Shown: positions 10,208-20,968 of the stretch, piece after piece | Layout of the letters: each line of letters opens with the position of its first letter | Numbering within the stretch: position 1 is the first letter of the stretch | DNA from: an uncultured delta proteobacterium | GTDB taxonomy: Bacteria > Desulfobacterota > RBG-13-43-22 | DNA: 64,000 nt | Assembly (NCBI GenBank): GCA_963790475.1 | Contig: CAWBOS010000006.1 | Span: forward strand, 448,001 to 512,000 | Reading direction: 5' to 3' | The notes under the pieces: model-generated | The model's database searches: none | Seen by the model: only the letters and a program-made list of their open reading frames with translations | What the model was told of the DNA's origin: nothing | Position numbers and translations under genes: made by a program

Positions 10208-11393
10208 CATCCTGACCATCAATGGCGGCTCTTCAAGTATCAAGTTCGCGGTGTTCGAGGCCGGTGACTCGCTCCAACGGATTCTTGAGGGTGAAATTGC
10301 GCGTATTGGAATGCCGGAGGCTGCTTTGCGGGTGAAAGGCTTGAACCAGGCAGACAACCTTTTGCGACCCGTGACGGCGCAGGACCACACGACGGCGGTG
10401 AATGTACTGATGAGTTGGATTGAGGAACGTATCGGAATCGATATGTTGACTGCGATCGGGCATCGCGTGGTACATGGCGGACCCAAATACAGCGAACCAA
10501 AGAGAATCACTACCGAAATGGTTGAAGAACTGCAGCGGCTCAGTCCCTTCGATCCTGAACATCTGCCGGAGGAGATCCTGTTGACCGAGGCCTTTCATCA
10601 ACGATATCCTGATTTGCCACAAGTGGCCTGTTTCGACACGGCTTTTCACCATGATCTGCCGCGCCTGGCGCAGTTGTTGCCAATCCCACGCCGCTACGAA
10701 GCGCAGGGGGTGCGGCGGTATGGGTTTCACGGGTTGTCGTATGCGTTTCTGATGGGAGAACTGGCCCGCCTGGCCGGAACGGCAGCGGCCCAAGGTCGGG
10801 TCATCCTTGCCCACCTCGGCAATGGCGCCAGCCTGGCGGCGGTGTATGGTGGGCAAAGCATCGATACCAGCATGAGTTTCACCCCGACCGCCGGGGTGCC
10901 GATGAGCACCCGCTCCGGCGATCTCGATCCCGGACTGGTTTGGTATCTGGCCTGCACCGAAAAAATGGGCGCGAAGTAATTTAATGAGATGGTCAATTTC
11001 CGGTCAGGGCTGCTCGGCGTTTCGGAGACCAGTTCCGACATGCACGACTTGCTCGACCGTGAAACGCAGGACGTGCGGGCGGCTGAAGCAGTGGCGCTGT
11101 TTTGCTACCAGGTCAAGAAATGGATCGGTGCATTTTCGGCGGCGTTGGGCGGACTGGATACGCTGATATTCGCCGGTGGCATCGGAGAGAAGGCGCCGGC
11201 GGTCCGGACCCGGATTTGCGATGGGCTGGGGTTCCTTGGAATAGAACTCGAAGAAAAACAAAACCTGGCCAATGCGGGGGTGATCTCCGCTGCGGCCGGC
11301 CGGGTCACTGTTCGTGTCATTCATACCGACGAAGAATGGATGATCGCCAGAACGGTCTGCTGCGTTTTGGGTCTTACCATCGAAAAGGAATAG
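10203..11393 (+). pseudogene. ackA: Acetate/propionate kinase lacking its start, in-frame TAA at 10977-10979
   Basis: [55 protein letters not shown]. Confidence 0.9.
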
Positions 11394-11397
11394 GATC

Positions 11398-13873
11398 ATG
11401 AAAACAAAGGGGTCTGAAAGGAGCATTATTATGAAGCTGAAAAATGGGGGTAAGGAGAAAGTCGTTGTGGAAACGGAGAAGAGGAATAAAACGGACCAGC
11501 CGTTGTCGCCCGATCTCCTGCAAAAGATGAACGCTTATTGGCGGGCTGCGAACTACCTCTCGGTCGGGCAGATTTATCTCTACGACAATCCCTTGCTGAA
11601 ACAGCCGTTGAAACTGTCGCACGTGAAGCCCCTGGTGGTCGGGCACTGGGGCACGACGCCGGGTCAGAACTTCATCTATGTGCACCTGAACCGGGTCATC
11701 AAGAAGTATGACCTGGATATGATCTACATCGCTGGTCCCGGTCACGGCGGCCCGGCGCTGGTGGGCAATACTTACCTGGAAGGGACCTACAGTGAGGTCT
11801 ATCCGAACATCAGCCAGGATGAGGCCGGACTTAAGAAGCTGTTCAAACAGTTCTCCTTCCCCGGCGGGATTTCCAGCCATGTTTCGCCGGAGACGCCGGG
11901 GTCGATTCACGAGGGTGGCGAGCTGGGGTACTCGCTCAGCCATGCCTTCGGGGCCGCCTTCGACAATCCGGATCTGATCGTCGCCTGCATTGTCGGCGAC
12001 GGCGAAGCGGAAACCGGTCCGTTGGCAACCGCCTGGCAGTCCAACAAGTTTCTCAACCCAATCAGTGACGGAGCCGTGCTGCCGATCCTGCACCTCAATG
12101 GCTACAAGATCAGCAACCCGACCGTGCTGGCCCGCATCGAGCCTGAGGAACTGGAGCAATTCTTACGAGGCTGCGGCTGGACGCCCTACTTTGTGGAAGG
12201 CGATGAGCCGGAAAAGATGCATCAGCTCATGGCCGCTATTTTGGAAAAGGCCATCGAGGAAATCCGGCAAATCCAAAGTAAGGCACGAAACAAAAATGAC
12301 CATACCCGACCGCGGTGGCCGATGATCGTCCTCAGGTCACCCAAGGGCTGGACCGGACCGAAAGTGGTCGATGGTCTCCAGATTGAGGGCACCTTTCGAG
12401 CCCACCAGGTGCCCATCCTGGTGGATTCCGAGCATCCCGATCATCTCCAGCAGCTTGAAAGCTGGATGAAGAGCTACAAGGCGGAAGAATTATTCGATAA
12501 AAATGGCCGACTCAGGCCGGAACTGGCCGAGCTGGCGCCAAAGGGCGACCGGCGGATGGGCGCCAATCCCCAGGCCAACGGCGGCATTCTGCTGCGCGAC
12601 CTGCGCATGCCGGACTTCCACCTCCATGCGGTGAAGGTGTCTTCGCCCGGCGCCGTTGACGCTCAGGATACGCTCGTGCTGGGCAAGTTCCTGCGGGATG
12701 TAACCAAGCTGAATCAGGATCAGCGTAATTTCCGGATCTTCGGTCCCGACGAAACGCTCTCCAATCTCCTGGGCGCGGTCTTTGAAGTCACCAATCGTCA
12801 GTGGGACGCCCGGGCCGTAAAGAATGATGAATTCCTGGCGCCTGCCGGACGGGTGTTGGACTCTATGCTCAGCGAGCACCAGAGTGAGGGTTGGCTGGAA
12901 GGTTATCTGCTCACCGGCAGGCACGGGCTGTTTAACTGCTACGAGGCCTTCATTCACATCGTCGATTCGATGTTCAATCAGCACGCCAAGTGGCTGAAAG
13001 TCACCTCGCAACTGCCCTGGCGGCGGAAGATCGCTTCGCTGAACTACCTGCTCGCCTCCCACGTCTGGCAGCAGGATCACAACGGCTTCACGCACCAGGA
13101 CCCCGGCTTCCTCGACCACGTCGTCAACAAGAAGGCCGATATCGTGCGCATTTACCTTCCGCCGGACGCCAACTGTCTGTTGTCGGTCTTTGATCACTGC
13201 CTGCGCAGCCGGCATTATGTGAACGTGGTGGTTGCCGGAAAACATGCTCTGCCCCAATGGCTGACCATGGAAGCGGCGGTCGTCCATTGCACCGAAGGAC
13301 TGGGCATCTGGCCATGGGCCAGCAACGACCAAGGCGCTGAGCCGGACGTGGTCATGGCCTGTTGCGGAGATACGCCCACACTGGAGATTCTGGCCGCCGT
13401 TTCCATTCTGCGCCAGCATCTGCCCGAACTGAAAATCCGGGTAATCAATGTCGTCGATCTGATGAAACTGCAGCCCAGCTCCGAGCACCCCCATGGACTG
13501 AGCGACACAGGATTACGACTCACTCTTCACTAAAGACAAGCCGATTGTCTTCGCCTTCCATGGATACCCCTGGCTGATCCACCGGCTGACCTACCGCCGG
13601 ACCAACCGCAACCTGCACGTCCGAGGCTACAAGGAAGAGGGCACGATCACGACGGCTTTTGACATGAGGGTCCAGAATGAGTTGGACCGGTTCCACCTGG
13701 TGCAAGACGTAATCGATCGCCTGCCGCAGTTGGGTGCTAAGGGGGCTTACCTGAAGCAGATGGTTCGGGACAAGCTCGTCGAGCACAAGCAGTACATCGA
13801 CAAGCACGGCCAGGACCTGCCGGAGATTCGGAACTGGAAGTGGAACCAGGTCAACACCGACCAACCTGCATGA
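11398..13873 (+). pseudogene. xfp: Xylulose-5-P/fructose-6-P phosphoketolase, one +1 frameshift (~13510)
   Basis: [37 protein letters not shown]; FHGYP and GYKEEG continue in the shifted frame. Confidence 0.92.
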
Positions 13874-13978
13874 AACCTGTCGCCAGCGAGGAGATTGTCG
13901 TTGAAGCCCTGCATCGACGGTTGCCGGTCAGTGCGGGCGTCGAGGCGGCTCGCATTGCCGAAAGAGGAGAGAGGAGAG

Positions 13979-14438
13979 ATGATGCGCATTGGCTTAGCAG
14001 CAGACCATGGTGGGTTTGAGTTGAAAGGTCAACTGACTGCGGCCCTCAAGGCCGCCGGATATGAGGTGGTGGACTTTGGCGCCCATGAGTTGGTAACCCG
14101 GAGATGACTACCCGGATTTTGTGGTGCCCCTGGCCAGGGCTGTGGTCCAGGGTGAGGTCTCCCGGGGCCTGGCCATTTGCGGCAGCGGGGTAGGCGCTTG
14201 CGTTGCGGCCAACAAGGTACCCGGCGTGCGAGCGGCCTTGATCACCGATTGCTTTTCCGCTCATCAGGGGGTGGAGGACGACGACATGAACGTTATGTGT
14301 CTGGGCGGTCGGGTCACCGGACAGGCCCTGTCCTGGGACTTGGTCCGGACGTTCTTGAGCGCCCGATTCAAGGGAGACGAACGGTTCAGGCGCCGTCTGG
14401 CAAAGGTGGCAGCGTTGGAAGGAGAGAAGAAGTCTTAA
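13979..14438 (+). pseudogene. rpiB: Ribose-5-phosphate isomerase B, one +1 frameshift (~14098)
   Basis: ADHGG, DDYPD, CGSGVG, ANKVPGVRA. Confidence 0.9.
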
Positions 14439-14482
14439 AGGAGGTCAACGATGAACCTCTGCGTCTTGGAAACAATCTTTTC

Positions 14483-15901
14483 TTAATGAAGCATTCGGGC
14501 CGCAGTTATGGCCAGATCGTAAAAATAGGCCGGAAAAATGCCGCCGCCGATTATGATCATCATCATGATAACGGTCAGCAGTTTAACCGGCCAGGGCAAG
14601 ATAATCCCGGGCAGGTCTTCTTCAGCGGGAAGGAAATAGGCCGCCTTGATCACCAGGGCGTAATAATAAAGGGAGATGGCTACATTGACCATACCGATCA
14701 ATACCAGAAGAAAATAGCCCTTTTCCATGGCTGCCAGGAAAACCAGAAACTTGGCGCTGAAGCCGATGGTCGGGGGGAGTCCTCCGAGACTGAAAAAACC
14801 GAGCAGCAGGGCCATGGCCAGAAGGGGTGATCGACGGTGCAATCCCGCCAAATGGGCAATCTCCAGATCCTGGCCATGGGAGGCTACTTGGGTCAGCACC
14901 AAAAAACAGATGAAGTTCATAACCAGATAGGCCGCGGCATAAAAGATTGCTCCGGCATAACCGCTTTCGTTCAGGCTGAGGATGCCGACGAGTACGTATC
15001 CGGCATGAGCAATGGCGGAGTATCCCAATAATCTTTTCAGGTCCTTTTGAACCAGGGCGGTCAGGTTGCCCAGGGTCATGGAAGCGATGGCCAGGACAGC
15101 CAGGATGTGGACCAAAGGGGTACTGCCGCCGCCGCTCAAGGACAGCATGCGTAACAGGATGGCTATGGCCGCTACCTTGGTCGAGGTGGCGATAAAGGCC
15201 GTCACCTGGTTGGCCGCCCCCTGATAGACCCCCGGTGCCCAGAGCTGAAAAGGGAAGAGGGCCAGCTTGAAGAAAAAGCCGCTTAGAGTGAAAAGCAGGC
15301 CGATAAAGACCATAGGCGAGCCCATCTGGTCAGGCAGTATCTGCAAGAGTTGTGTTACATAGGTGGTCCCGACAGCCCCGTAGAGCAAGGCCAGACCGAA
15401 AAGCATCACCGCCGAGGTCGAGGCTCCGATCAGAAAATATTTGATGCCCGCCTCCAGATGAGGGCCGTCTCCCTTTCGCAAGGGAACCAGAAGGTAGAGG
15501 GAATATCCGGTCAGTTCCAGGGCCACATAAATGGTCAGTAACTCAACACTGCTCACCAGGATCATCATGGCCAGGGTGCAAAGGGTGAGAAGGAAATAAA
15601 ATTCCGGATGGCGTTTCTCCCCGATGCCCTTCAATTCCGAGCAGAGGCAGACGATGAGAAAGACCCCGATGGCCAGTAAGACCTTGAAAAGCTGAGAAAA
15701 GAAATCGACGCGCAAGACCTGTGAAAAAAAAGAACCTTGGCCATGTATTGCCCCCAGGCTGACCACAACACCTCCGGCCGTCAGCCAAAGGGCCAGGAGG
15801 TGGTCCCGCCCGGGGTTGGGCCGGGAGATCATGGCCACAATAAAGAACAGACCGGAGACGAGGAAAAAGTAACCTTCAGGGGCGAGGGGCATCCAGGTCA
15901 T
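14483..15901 (-). CDS. nuoN: Complex I subunit N
   Basis: EAGIKYF, FKLALFPFQLWAP, KRLLGYSAIAH; last gene of nuo run. Confidence 0.93.
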   Translation of the reverse strand: MTWMPLAPEGYFFLVSGLFFIVAMISRPNPGRDHLLALWLTAGGVVVSLGAIHGQGSFFSQVLRVDFFSQLFKVLLAIGVFLIVCLCSELKGIGEKRHPEFYFLLTLCTLAMMILVSSVELLTIYVALELTGYSLYLLVPLRKGDGPHLEAGIKYFLIGASTSAVMLFGLALLYGAVGTTYVTQLLQILPDQMGSPMVFIGLLFTLSGFFFKLALFPFQLWAPGVYQGAANQVTAFIATSTKVAAIAILLRMLSLSGGGSTPLVHILAVLAIASMTLGNLTALVQKDLKRLLGYSAIAHAGYVLVGILSLNESGYAGAIFYAAAYLVMNFICFLVLTQVASHGQDLEIAHLAGLHRRSPLLAMALLLGFFSLGGLPPTIGFSAKFLVFLAAMEKGYFLLVLIGMVNVAISLYYYALVIKAAYFLPAEEDLPGIILPWPVKLLTVIMMMIIIGGGIFPAYFYDLAITAARMLH

Positions 15902-17391
15902 CGCGGTAAGGTCTCCATAAAGGGCATCACTGCGGTTTGAATCAAATCGAGCATCAACGAAGGAAACAATCCGAATAAGAGCAGGGCCATCACCAGAATC
16001 ATTCGGGGAAGTCCCAAGCCGAAGGAGACATCGGGCAAATGAGCCAGGCGCTCATTACGAGGTCCATAAAAGGTCTTTTGGACCACCCGCAGCATAAAGA
16101 GGGCGCTGACCACCAGAGAGGAGATGGCCAGGATACCTCGAACCGGATAGGTTTTCAAGGAGGAAACAAAGATGGTGAATTCGGCCCAGAAATTGGCGAA
16201 TCCGGGTACCCCCATGCCGGCCAGGGCCCCGAGGATAAAATAGGCCGAGGCCTTGGGCATGATCCGGCTCATCCCCCCCAGTTCCGGAATAAGCTTGGTT
16301 CCGGTGGTGTCATGAAAATATCCGACTGATGAAAAAAGAAGGGCCGTCATGATCCCATGGGCGAACATCTGGAAGACGGCGCCGTTCAGGCCGCCCACGG
16401 TGACTGTGGATAACCCCAGCCCGACGATCCCCATGTGGGAGACACTGGAGTAGGCCACCACGTACTTGAGATCGGTCTGGGTCAGACCGACAAAAACACC
16501 ATAAACGATCCCGATGGTGGCCAGAACGGCCATCGGTTCGGCCCAATATTGCCACCCCAGGGGGCAGAGCAGGATAGCCACCCGCAAAATGCCGAAGGCC
16601 CCTAACTTCATGAGCACACCGGCGTGGATCATACTCACTGATGTGGGAGCGGCTACATGGCCCGTGGGTGACCAGGTGTGGAAAGGCCAGACCCCGGCCA
16701 GGATGCCGAAGCCCAGATAAAGAAAGGGGAAGGCTAATTTTTGTTGAAAGGGGGTAAAGGTCCCGGAGTGCATCAGGCTGATCAGATCAAAGGTGTTCAT
16801 GCCCGATTTGACGAAAAGGTAGAGCAGGGCCGGAAGGATCAGACTGCTTCCGGCCAGGAGATAGAGGAACAGCTTCATGGCCCCGTATTCCTTGCGCGTG
16901 GTGCCCCAGATCAGAATCAGGGGATACATGGGAAAGAGGGAGACATCATACCAGACAAAAAGGAAAAAAAGGTCCAGACTCATGAAGAAGCCGAATACGC
17001 CCATGACCAGCAGAAAAGAGAGGGCAAAGAATTCTTTTACCCTTTCCTCAAGTTTCCACATGGTCAGCACCCCGGTAAAGTGGACAATGCCGGTCAGGAG
17101 CAAGAGCGGCAAATTGAACCCATCGGCCCCGTTGAAGTAATGAATGCCCAGGGATTTCACCCAGAGGACTTTCTCCACAAACTGAAGGCCCCCTTGAGAG
17201 CGGTCATAGGTGATGAATAAGAGGATGGTCAGGAGGAAAGGGATCCCGGAAAAGACCGCACTGATCCAACGGATCAGTGCTTTTCGTTGAGCGGGAATAA
17301 ACAGGATGACCAACAGACCCACCAGGCAACTGAGAAGGATGGCCGTGAGAAAAGGAAATCCGGCATAGGCTATGGGTATATTGAGTTTCAT
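15898..17391 (-). CDS. nuoM: Complex I subunit M
   Basis: PFHTWSP, AGVLMKLGAFG, DLKYVVAYSSVSHMG. Confidence 0.93.
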   Translation of the reverse strand: MKLNIPIAYAGFPFLTAILLSCLVGLLVILFIPAQRKALIRWISAVFSGIPFLLTILLFITYDRSQGGLQFVEKVLWVKSLGIHYFNGADGFNLPLLLLTGIVHFTGVLTMWKLEERVKEFFALSFLLVMGVFGFFMSLDLFFLFVWYDVSLFPMYPLILIWGTTRKEYGAMKLFLYLLAGSSLILPALLYLFVKSGMNTFDLISLMHSGTFTPFQQKLAFPFLYLGFGILAGVWPFHTWSPTGHVAAPTSVSMIHAGVLMKLGAFGILRVAILLCPLGWQYWAEPMAVLATIGIVYGVFVGLTQTDLKYVVAYSSVSHMGIVGLGLSTVTVGGLNGAVFQMFAHGIMTALLFSSVGYFHDTTGTKLIPELGGMSRIMPKASAYFILGALAGMGVPGFANFWAEFTIFVSSLKTYPVRGILAISSLVVSALFMLRVVQKTFYGPRNERLAHLPDVSFGLGLPRMILVMALLLFGLFPSLMLDLIQTAVMPFMETLPR

Positions 17392-17489
17392 CCCCGGGGA
17401 GCCCCCTTAAATTCTTTTTTTAATGAATTCATAATACATTCCCAGCCATCATCAACCTTGAACCTTGAACCTCGGATTTTCCCCTTCCC

Positions 17490-19355
17490 TCAGGCCAAGA
17501 AAAAATAAAGGCCCACCAAGGCCAGCACGGCGAAGGAGACAAAAATATTGTAACGGAGTCTGCCGGATTGCAGATAGGAGACCACCCGTCCACTGTTCAC
17601 CGTGAATTTACAGAACTCATCAATACCGCCGTCGATCACCTGCTGATCATTTCGGGTAAAAGGATAGGCCAAGGTCCGATAGATCACCCGGTCCAAAAAT
17701 ATTCTGTAAAAATGGTCCAGGTACCATCGCTCGGCCAGAAAATTTCGAATCCTGTCATTCCGTTCGGCAAATCCAACCTGGCTGGCCTTCTTGCGGCCGA
17801 ATTCAACCCAGGTCAGGGCCAGGGCAAGAAGGACCAAGGCCTGAGAAAGATAAGTCAGCCAATGCCCCTCTCCGGCCGGACCAGGCCGGCCCAAAAAATT
17901 TCTTAAAGACCCTTCAAAAAATCCCAGGACCACGATAATGGCCGCCAGAATAACCAGCGGCCAGGCCATGGCCCAATAAACCGGGCCACCGGGCCTTTCC
18001 CCAGAAGAGTTTTCCCGCTCTATTTTTTTAGGAAAGAGAATGATAAAGATCGCTCTGAAGGTGTAATAGGGAGTCAGGAAGACACCGGCCAGGCCGATGA
18101 TCAGCCAGAGGGGATTGTCCAGACGGGCCAGGGACTCCAGGATGGCCTCTTTGCTGAAGAAACCAGCCAGAGGGGGAATGCCGGAAAGGCTGGCCCCGGC
18201 CAGGATAAGACAGACCGTGGGGATTTTTAGACTGCGGCCGGGAAGTCGCCCGATTTCGAACATGTCGTTGGTCTCATAGTAGTGTATCCAGGCTCCGGAG
18301 CAAAGGAAGAGCAAGGACTTAAATCCGGCATGGGTGGTGAGATGAAAGATCCCGGCAAAGTATCCCCCGGCGGCCAGGGCCATAATCATATACCCTAATT
18401 GACTGATGGTCGAATAAGCCCAGACCTTTTTGATGTCCCGGTCCACCATGGCCATGGTGGAGGCCATCAGCATGGTGATGGTGCCGATGGCCAGAAAAAC
18501 AGTCATGGCCTCCGGGGAATGACTGAAAAAGGGAAAAAGCCGGGCGAAAAGGTAAACGCCGGCGGCCACCATAGTAGCTGAATGGAGCAATGCGCTGACC
18601 GGCGTTGGTCCTTCCATGGCATCGGGCAGCCAGGTCAGAAGCGGGAATTGGGCGCTTTTGCCCACAATTCCGCCAAAAATTAAAAGGGCCGAAAGGGTGA
18701 TCAGCCCTGAAGACATTCGTGCCGAGGCCTCAGGGCCGTTCATTTCCAGGATGCTGAGATTGCCCAGATGAAGCAGCACCAGGAGAAGCCCGAGAAAAAA
18801 AGCACCGTCCCCCAGGCGGGTCATGACAAAGGCCTTTTTCCCCGCCTCGGTGGCACTGAACTTCTCGTACCAGAAGCCGATCAAAAGATAGGAGGTAAGG
18901 CCGACCAGTTCCCAGAAGAAGTAGAGCTGGACCAAAGAGGCGGAAAGAGTCAGGGACATCATAGCCCCGGCAAAAAGAGATTGAAAGCCAAAGTAGGTGG
19001 AAAATCTCGGATCCCCGGACATGTATCCCAGGGAATAGACCTGGACCAGTAAACTGATTCCGGCAACCACCAAGAGCATGAGCAGGCTGGTAGGGTCCAG
19101 CAAGAAACCAAATGAAATGGAAGTGCTCCCGCTGACCAGCCACCGGGTGGTATAAAGGAGGGGATGATCCGGATGGTTCAGAAGCAAAAAAAGGGCATTG
19201 ATCAGGGAAATAGAAACCGCCCCGACAGATAATCCCCCAGAGATCCTGGGATAGGGCCGGGTCAGGATCATGATGACCGCAAAGGCCAGGAAAGGGAGCA
19301 TGACCGCCGTTGCTGCCGCCAGGAGGGTCGGGTCTTGAAAGAGGTTTTGGATCAT
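17490..19355 (-). CDS. nuoL: Complex I subunit L
   Basis: WELVG, GKSAQFPL..WLPDAMEGPTPVSALLHSATMV, AYSTISQLG; start taken at ATG 19355. Confidence 0.95.
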   Translation of the reverse strand: MIQNLFQDPTLLAAATAVMLPFLAFAVIMILTRPYPRISGGLSVGAVSISLINALFLLLNHPDHPLLYTTRWLVSGSTSISFGFLLDPTSLLMLLVVAGISLLVQVYSLGYMSGDPRFSTYFGFQSLFAGAMMSLTLSASLVQLYFFWELVGLTSYLLIGFWYEKFSATEAGKKAFVMTRLGDGAFFLGLLLVLLHLGNLSILEMNGPEASARMSSGLITLSALLIFGGIVGKSAQFPLLTWLPDAMEGPTPVSALLHSATMVAAGVYLFARLFPFFSHSPEAMTVFLAIGTITMLMASTMAMVDRDIKKVWAYSTISQLGYMIMALAAGGYFAGIFHLTTHAGFKSLLFLCSGAWIHYYETNDMFEIGRLPGRSLKIPTVCLILAGASLSGIPPLAGFFSKEAILESLARLDNPLWLIIGLAGVFLTPYYTFRAIFIILFPKKIERENSSGERPGGPVYWAMAWPLVILAAIIVVLGFFEGSLRNFLGRPGPAGEGHWLTYLSQALVLLALALTWVEFGRKKASQVGFAERNDRIRNFLAERWYLDHFYRIFLDRVIYRTLAYPFTRNDQQVIDGGIDEFCKFTVNSGRVVSYLQSGRLRYNIFVSFAVLALVGLYFFLA

Positions 19356-19427
19356 TATGGTCTCTATAATTTCATCAAGAAGGTTTTGATTTTGAATCTT
19401 TATTTTTTCGAAATAAGTGGTCAGAAA

Positions 19428-19496
19428 CATCACTCCGGCGAAAGCCGGAGTTCAGGATTAATCGATTTACTGGATTCCGGCTTCCGCCGGAATGAC
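19428..19496. repeat. REP-like palindromic doublet between nuoK and nuoL
   Basis: CTCCGGCGAAAGCCGGAGTTCAG ... CTGGATTCCGGCTTCCGCCGGAATGAC, two inverted hairpin units. Confidence 0.75.
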
Positions 19497-19572
19497 TCAA
19501 AACGGATTTCTTGACTGTTAGCGATTCCGGCATTCTTAGTTGTCCCCCTTATTCTATTGATCAACTACCCGG

Positions 19573-19878
19573 CTACCATTTCAAGATATTAAAATGGTCC
19601 GGATCAACGGACCCGCTGCGCAGGTAGGCCCCGACGATCAGGGCCAACCCCACCGAGACCTCGGTGGCGGCCACACCAATGATGAACAGGACAAAGGCCT
19701 GTCCTTCCAACTGCTGCCAGCGCAAGGCCCCGGCCACAAAGAGGATGGCGGCCGCGTTCATCATGATCTCTATGCCGATCAAGGTCATGATCAGATTACG
19801 CCGGGTCAGTAAACAAACGAGACCCAGTAAAAAAATGATCGCCGCCAGGATGACCACATGATTATAAGGAACGATCAT
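19573..19878 (-). CDS. nuoK: Complex I subunit K
   Basis: RRNLI..IEIMMNA, AATEVSVGLAL. Confidence 0.95.
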   Translation of the reverse strand: MIVPYNHVVILAAIIFLLGLVCLLTRRNLIMTLIGIEIMMNAAAILFVAGALRWQQLEGQAFVLFIIGVAATEVSVGLALIVGAYLRSGSVDPDHFNILKW

Positions 19879-20393
19879 AGACTCTCCTCACCCGGACTTT
19901 TTCCCTTAACCCTTCCCAGTTGAATAACGGCCACCAGACCGATGAGCAGAAGAAGGGAGATCATCTCCACGGAAAGCCAGTACCTCTCGAAGACGAAGCG
20001 TCCCAGGGCCTGGGGCGTGGCCACAGCCATCTTTAGAGGGATACGGCTCCGGGGATCCAGAAAAACCAGCAGACAGGCCAAGACAAAATAGATCAGGCCC
20101 AAAAAACCAGCCGGGGCCCAGTTCCGCCACTTCAATCGGGCCTCGATGATCACCTCAGCCTTCAGCATCATAATCACAAAGAGGAACAGGACCATGATCG
20201 CGCCGGCATAGATAATTACCTCCAAAGCCGCTAAAAAGGGGGCTCCGAGGAGATAAAAAAGCATGGCGCTGCCCAGGAAGGAAAGGATCAGATAAACCAC
20301 GGCATGAACGGGATGGGGACGGGTGATGGCCAGGGCCGTGGCCGTCAGGATAACCGCCGAGACGAGATAAAAGCAAAGGGCGTAAAAGGTCAT
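19875..20393 (-). CDS. nuoJ: Complex I subunit J
   Basis: HPVHAV, IYAGAIMVLFLFVIMML. Confidence 0.95.
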   Translation of the reverse strand: MTFYALCFYLVSAVILTATALAITRPHPVHAVVYLILSFLGSAMLFYLLGAPFLAALEVIIYAGAIMVLFLFVIMMLKAEVIIEARLKWRNWAPAGFLGLIYFVLACLLVFLDPRSRIPLKMAVATPQALGRFVFERYWLSVEMISLLLLIGLVAVIQLGRVKGKSPGEESL

Positions 20394-20968
20394 GGCCAGT
20401 TACTCCTTAAATCCACCGGTTTTTTTTCATTGATGTGCCCGCCCTTGCCCCCGGCAATAGTAATTCCGGCATGGCGATAAAAATTATAGTCATGGTTTTT
20501 TCCACCGTGATCCACCAAAAGGTCTTCCTTTTCCGCAACCAGCGTTAGGACATCATAATTGCTGAATTCGAAATAAGGGGTCAGTTGAATGGCCAGAGTA
20601 GGACACGCCTCCTCGCACAAGCCTCAGTAAATACAACGGGCGAAGTTGATCCGGAACCAGGGGGCCCAGCGCCGCCCGTCTTCCCGTTCGGCTGACTGCA
20701 TGGAGATGCAACTGACCGGGCAGACGGCCGAACATAGATAACAGGCCACACACCGTTCCTCACCGTCCGGATCCCGGGTGAGGATGATCCTGGCCCGGGT
20801 ACGAGCGGGTAGAGGCCTTTTATACTCCGGGTACTGCTCGGTGACCGGTTTTCGAAAGAGATGTTTAAAAACGGTCCAAAAACCCTTAGCCAATCCCGGT
20901 AGGGCATCAGACCATATTTTTCTCAACTGGGAAGGGCTACTTCTTTTTTTTGAATGGTTATTGATCAT
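20390..20968 (-). CDS. nuoI: Complex I subunit I with in-frame TGA (20624-20626) at a 4Fe-4S Cys position
   Basis: [30 protein letters not shown]; both halves in one frame; ATGA overlaps with nuoH and nuoJ. Confidence 0.9.

Noticed and set aside
10977-10979. Recoding of the ackA internal stop
   Set aside because: It is TAA, probably from CAA, in a gene already lacking its start; not a Sec or Pyl codon.
7567-14438. Programmed frameshifting in pgi, pgm, xfp or rpiB
   Set aside because: No shared slippery sequence; mutation or sequencing error is simpler.
17453-17472. Short tandem repeats (AACCTTG here, similar at about 26345 and 42695)
   Set aside because: Only 2-3 units of 6-7 bp; common intergenic low-complexity repeats.
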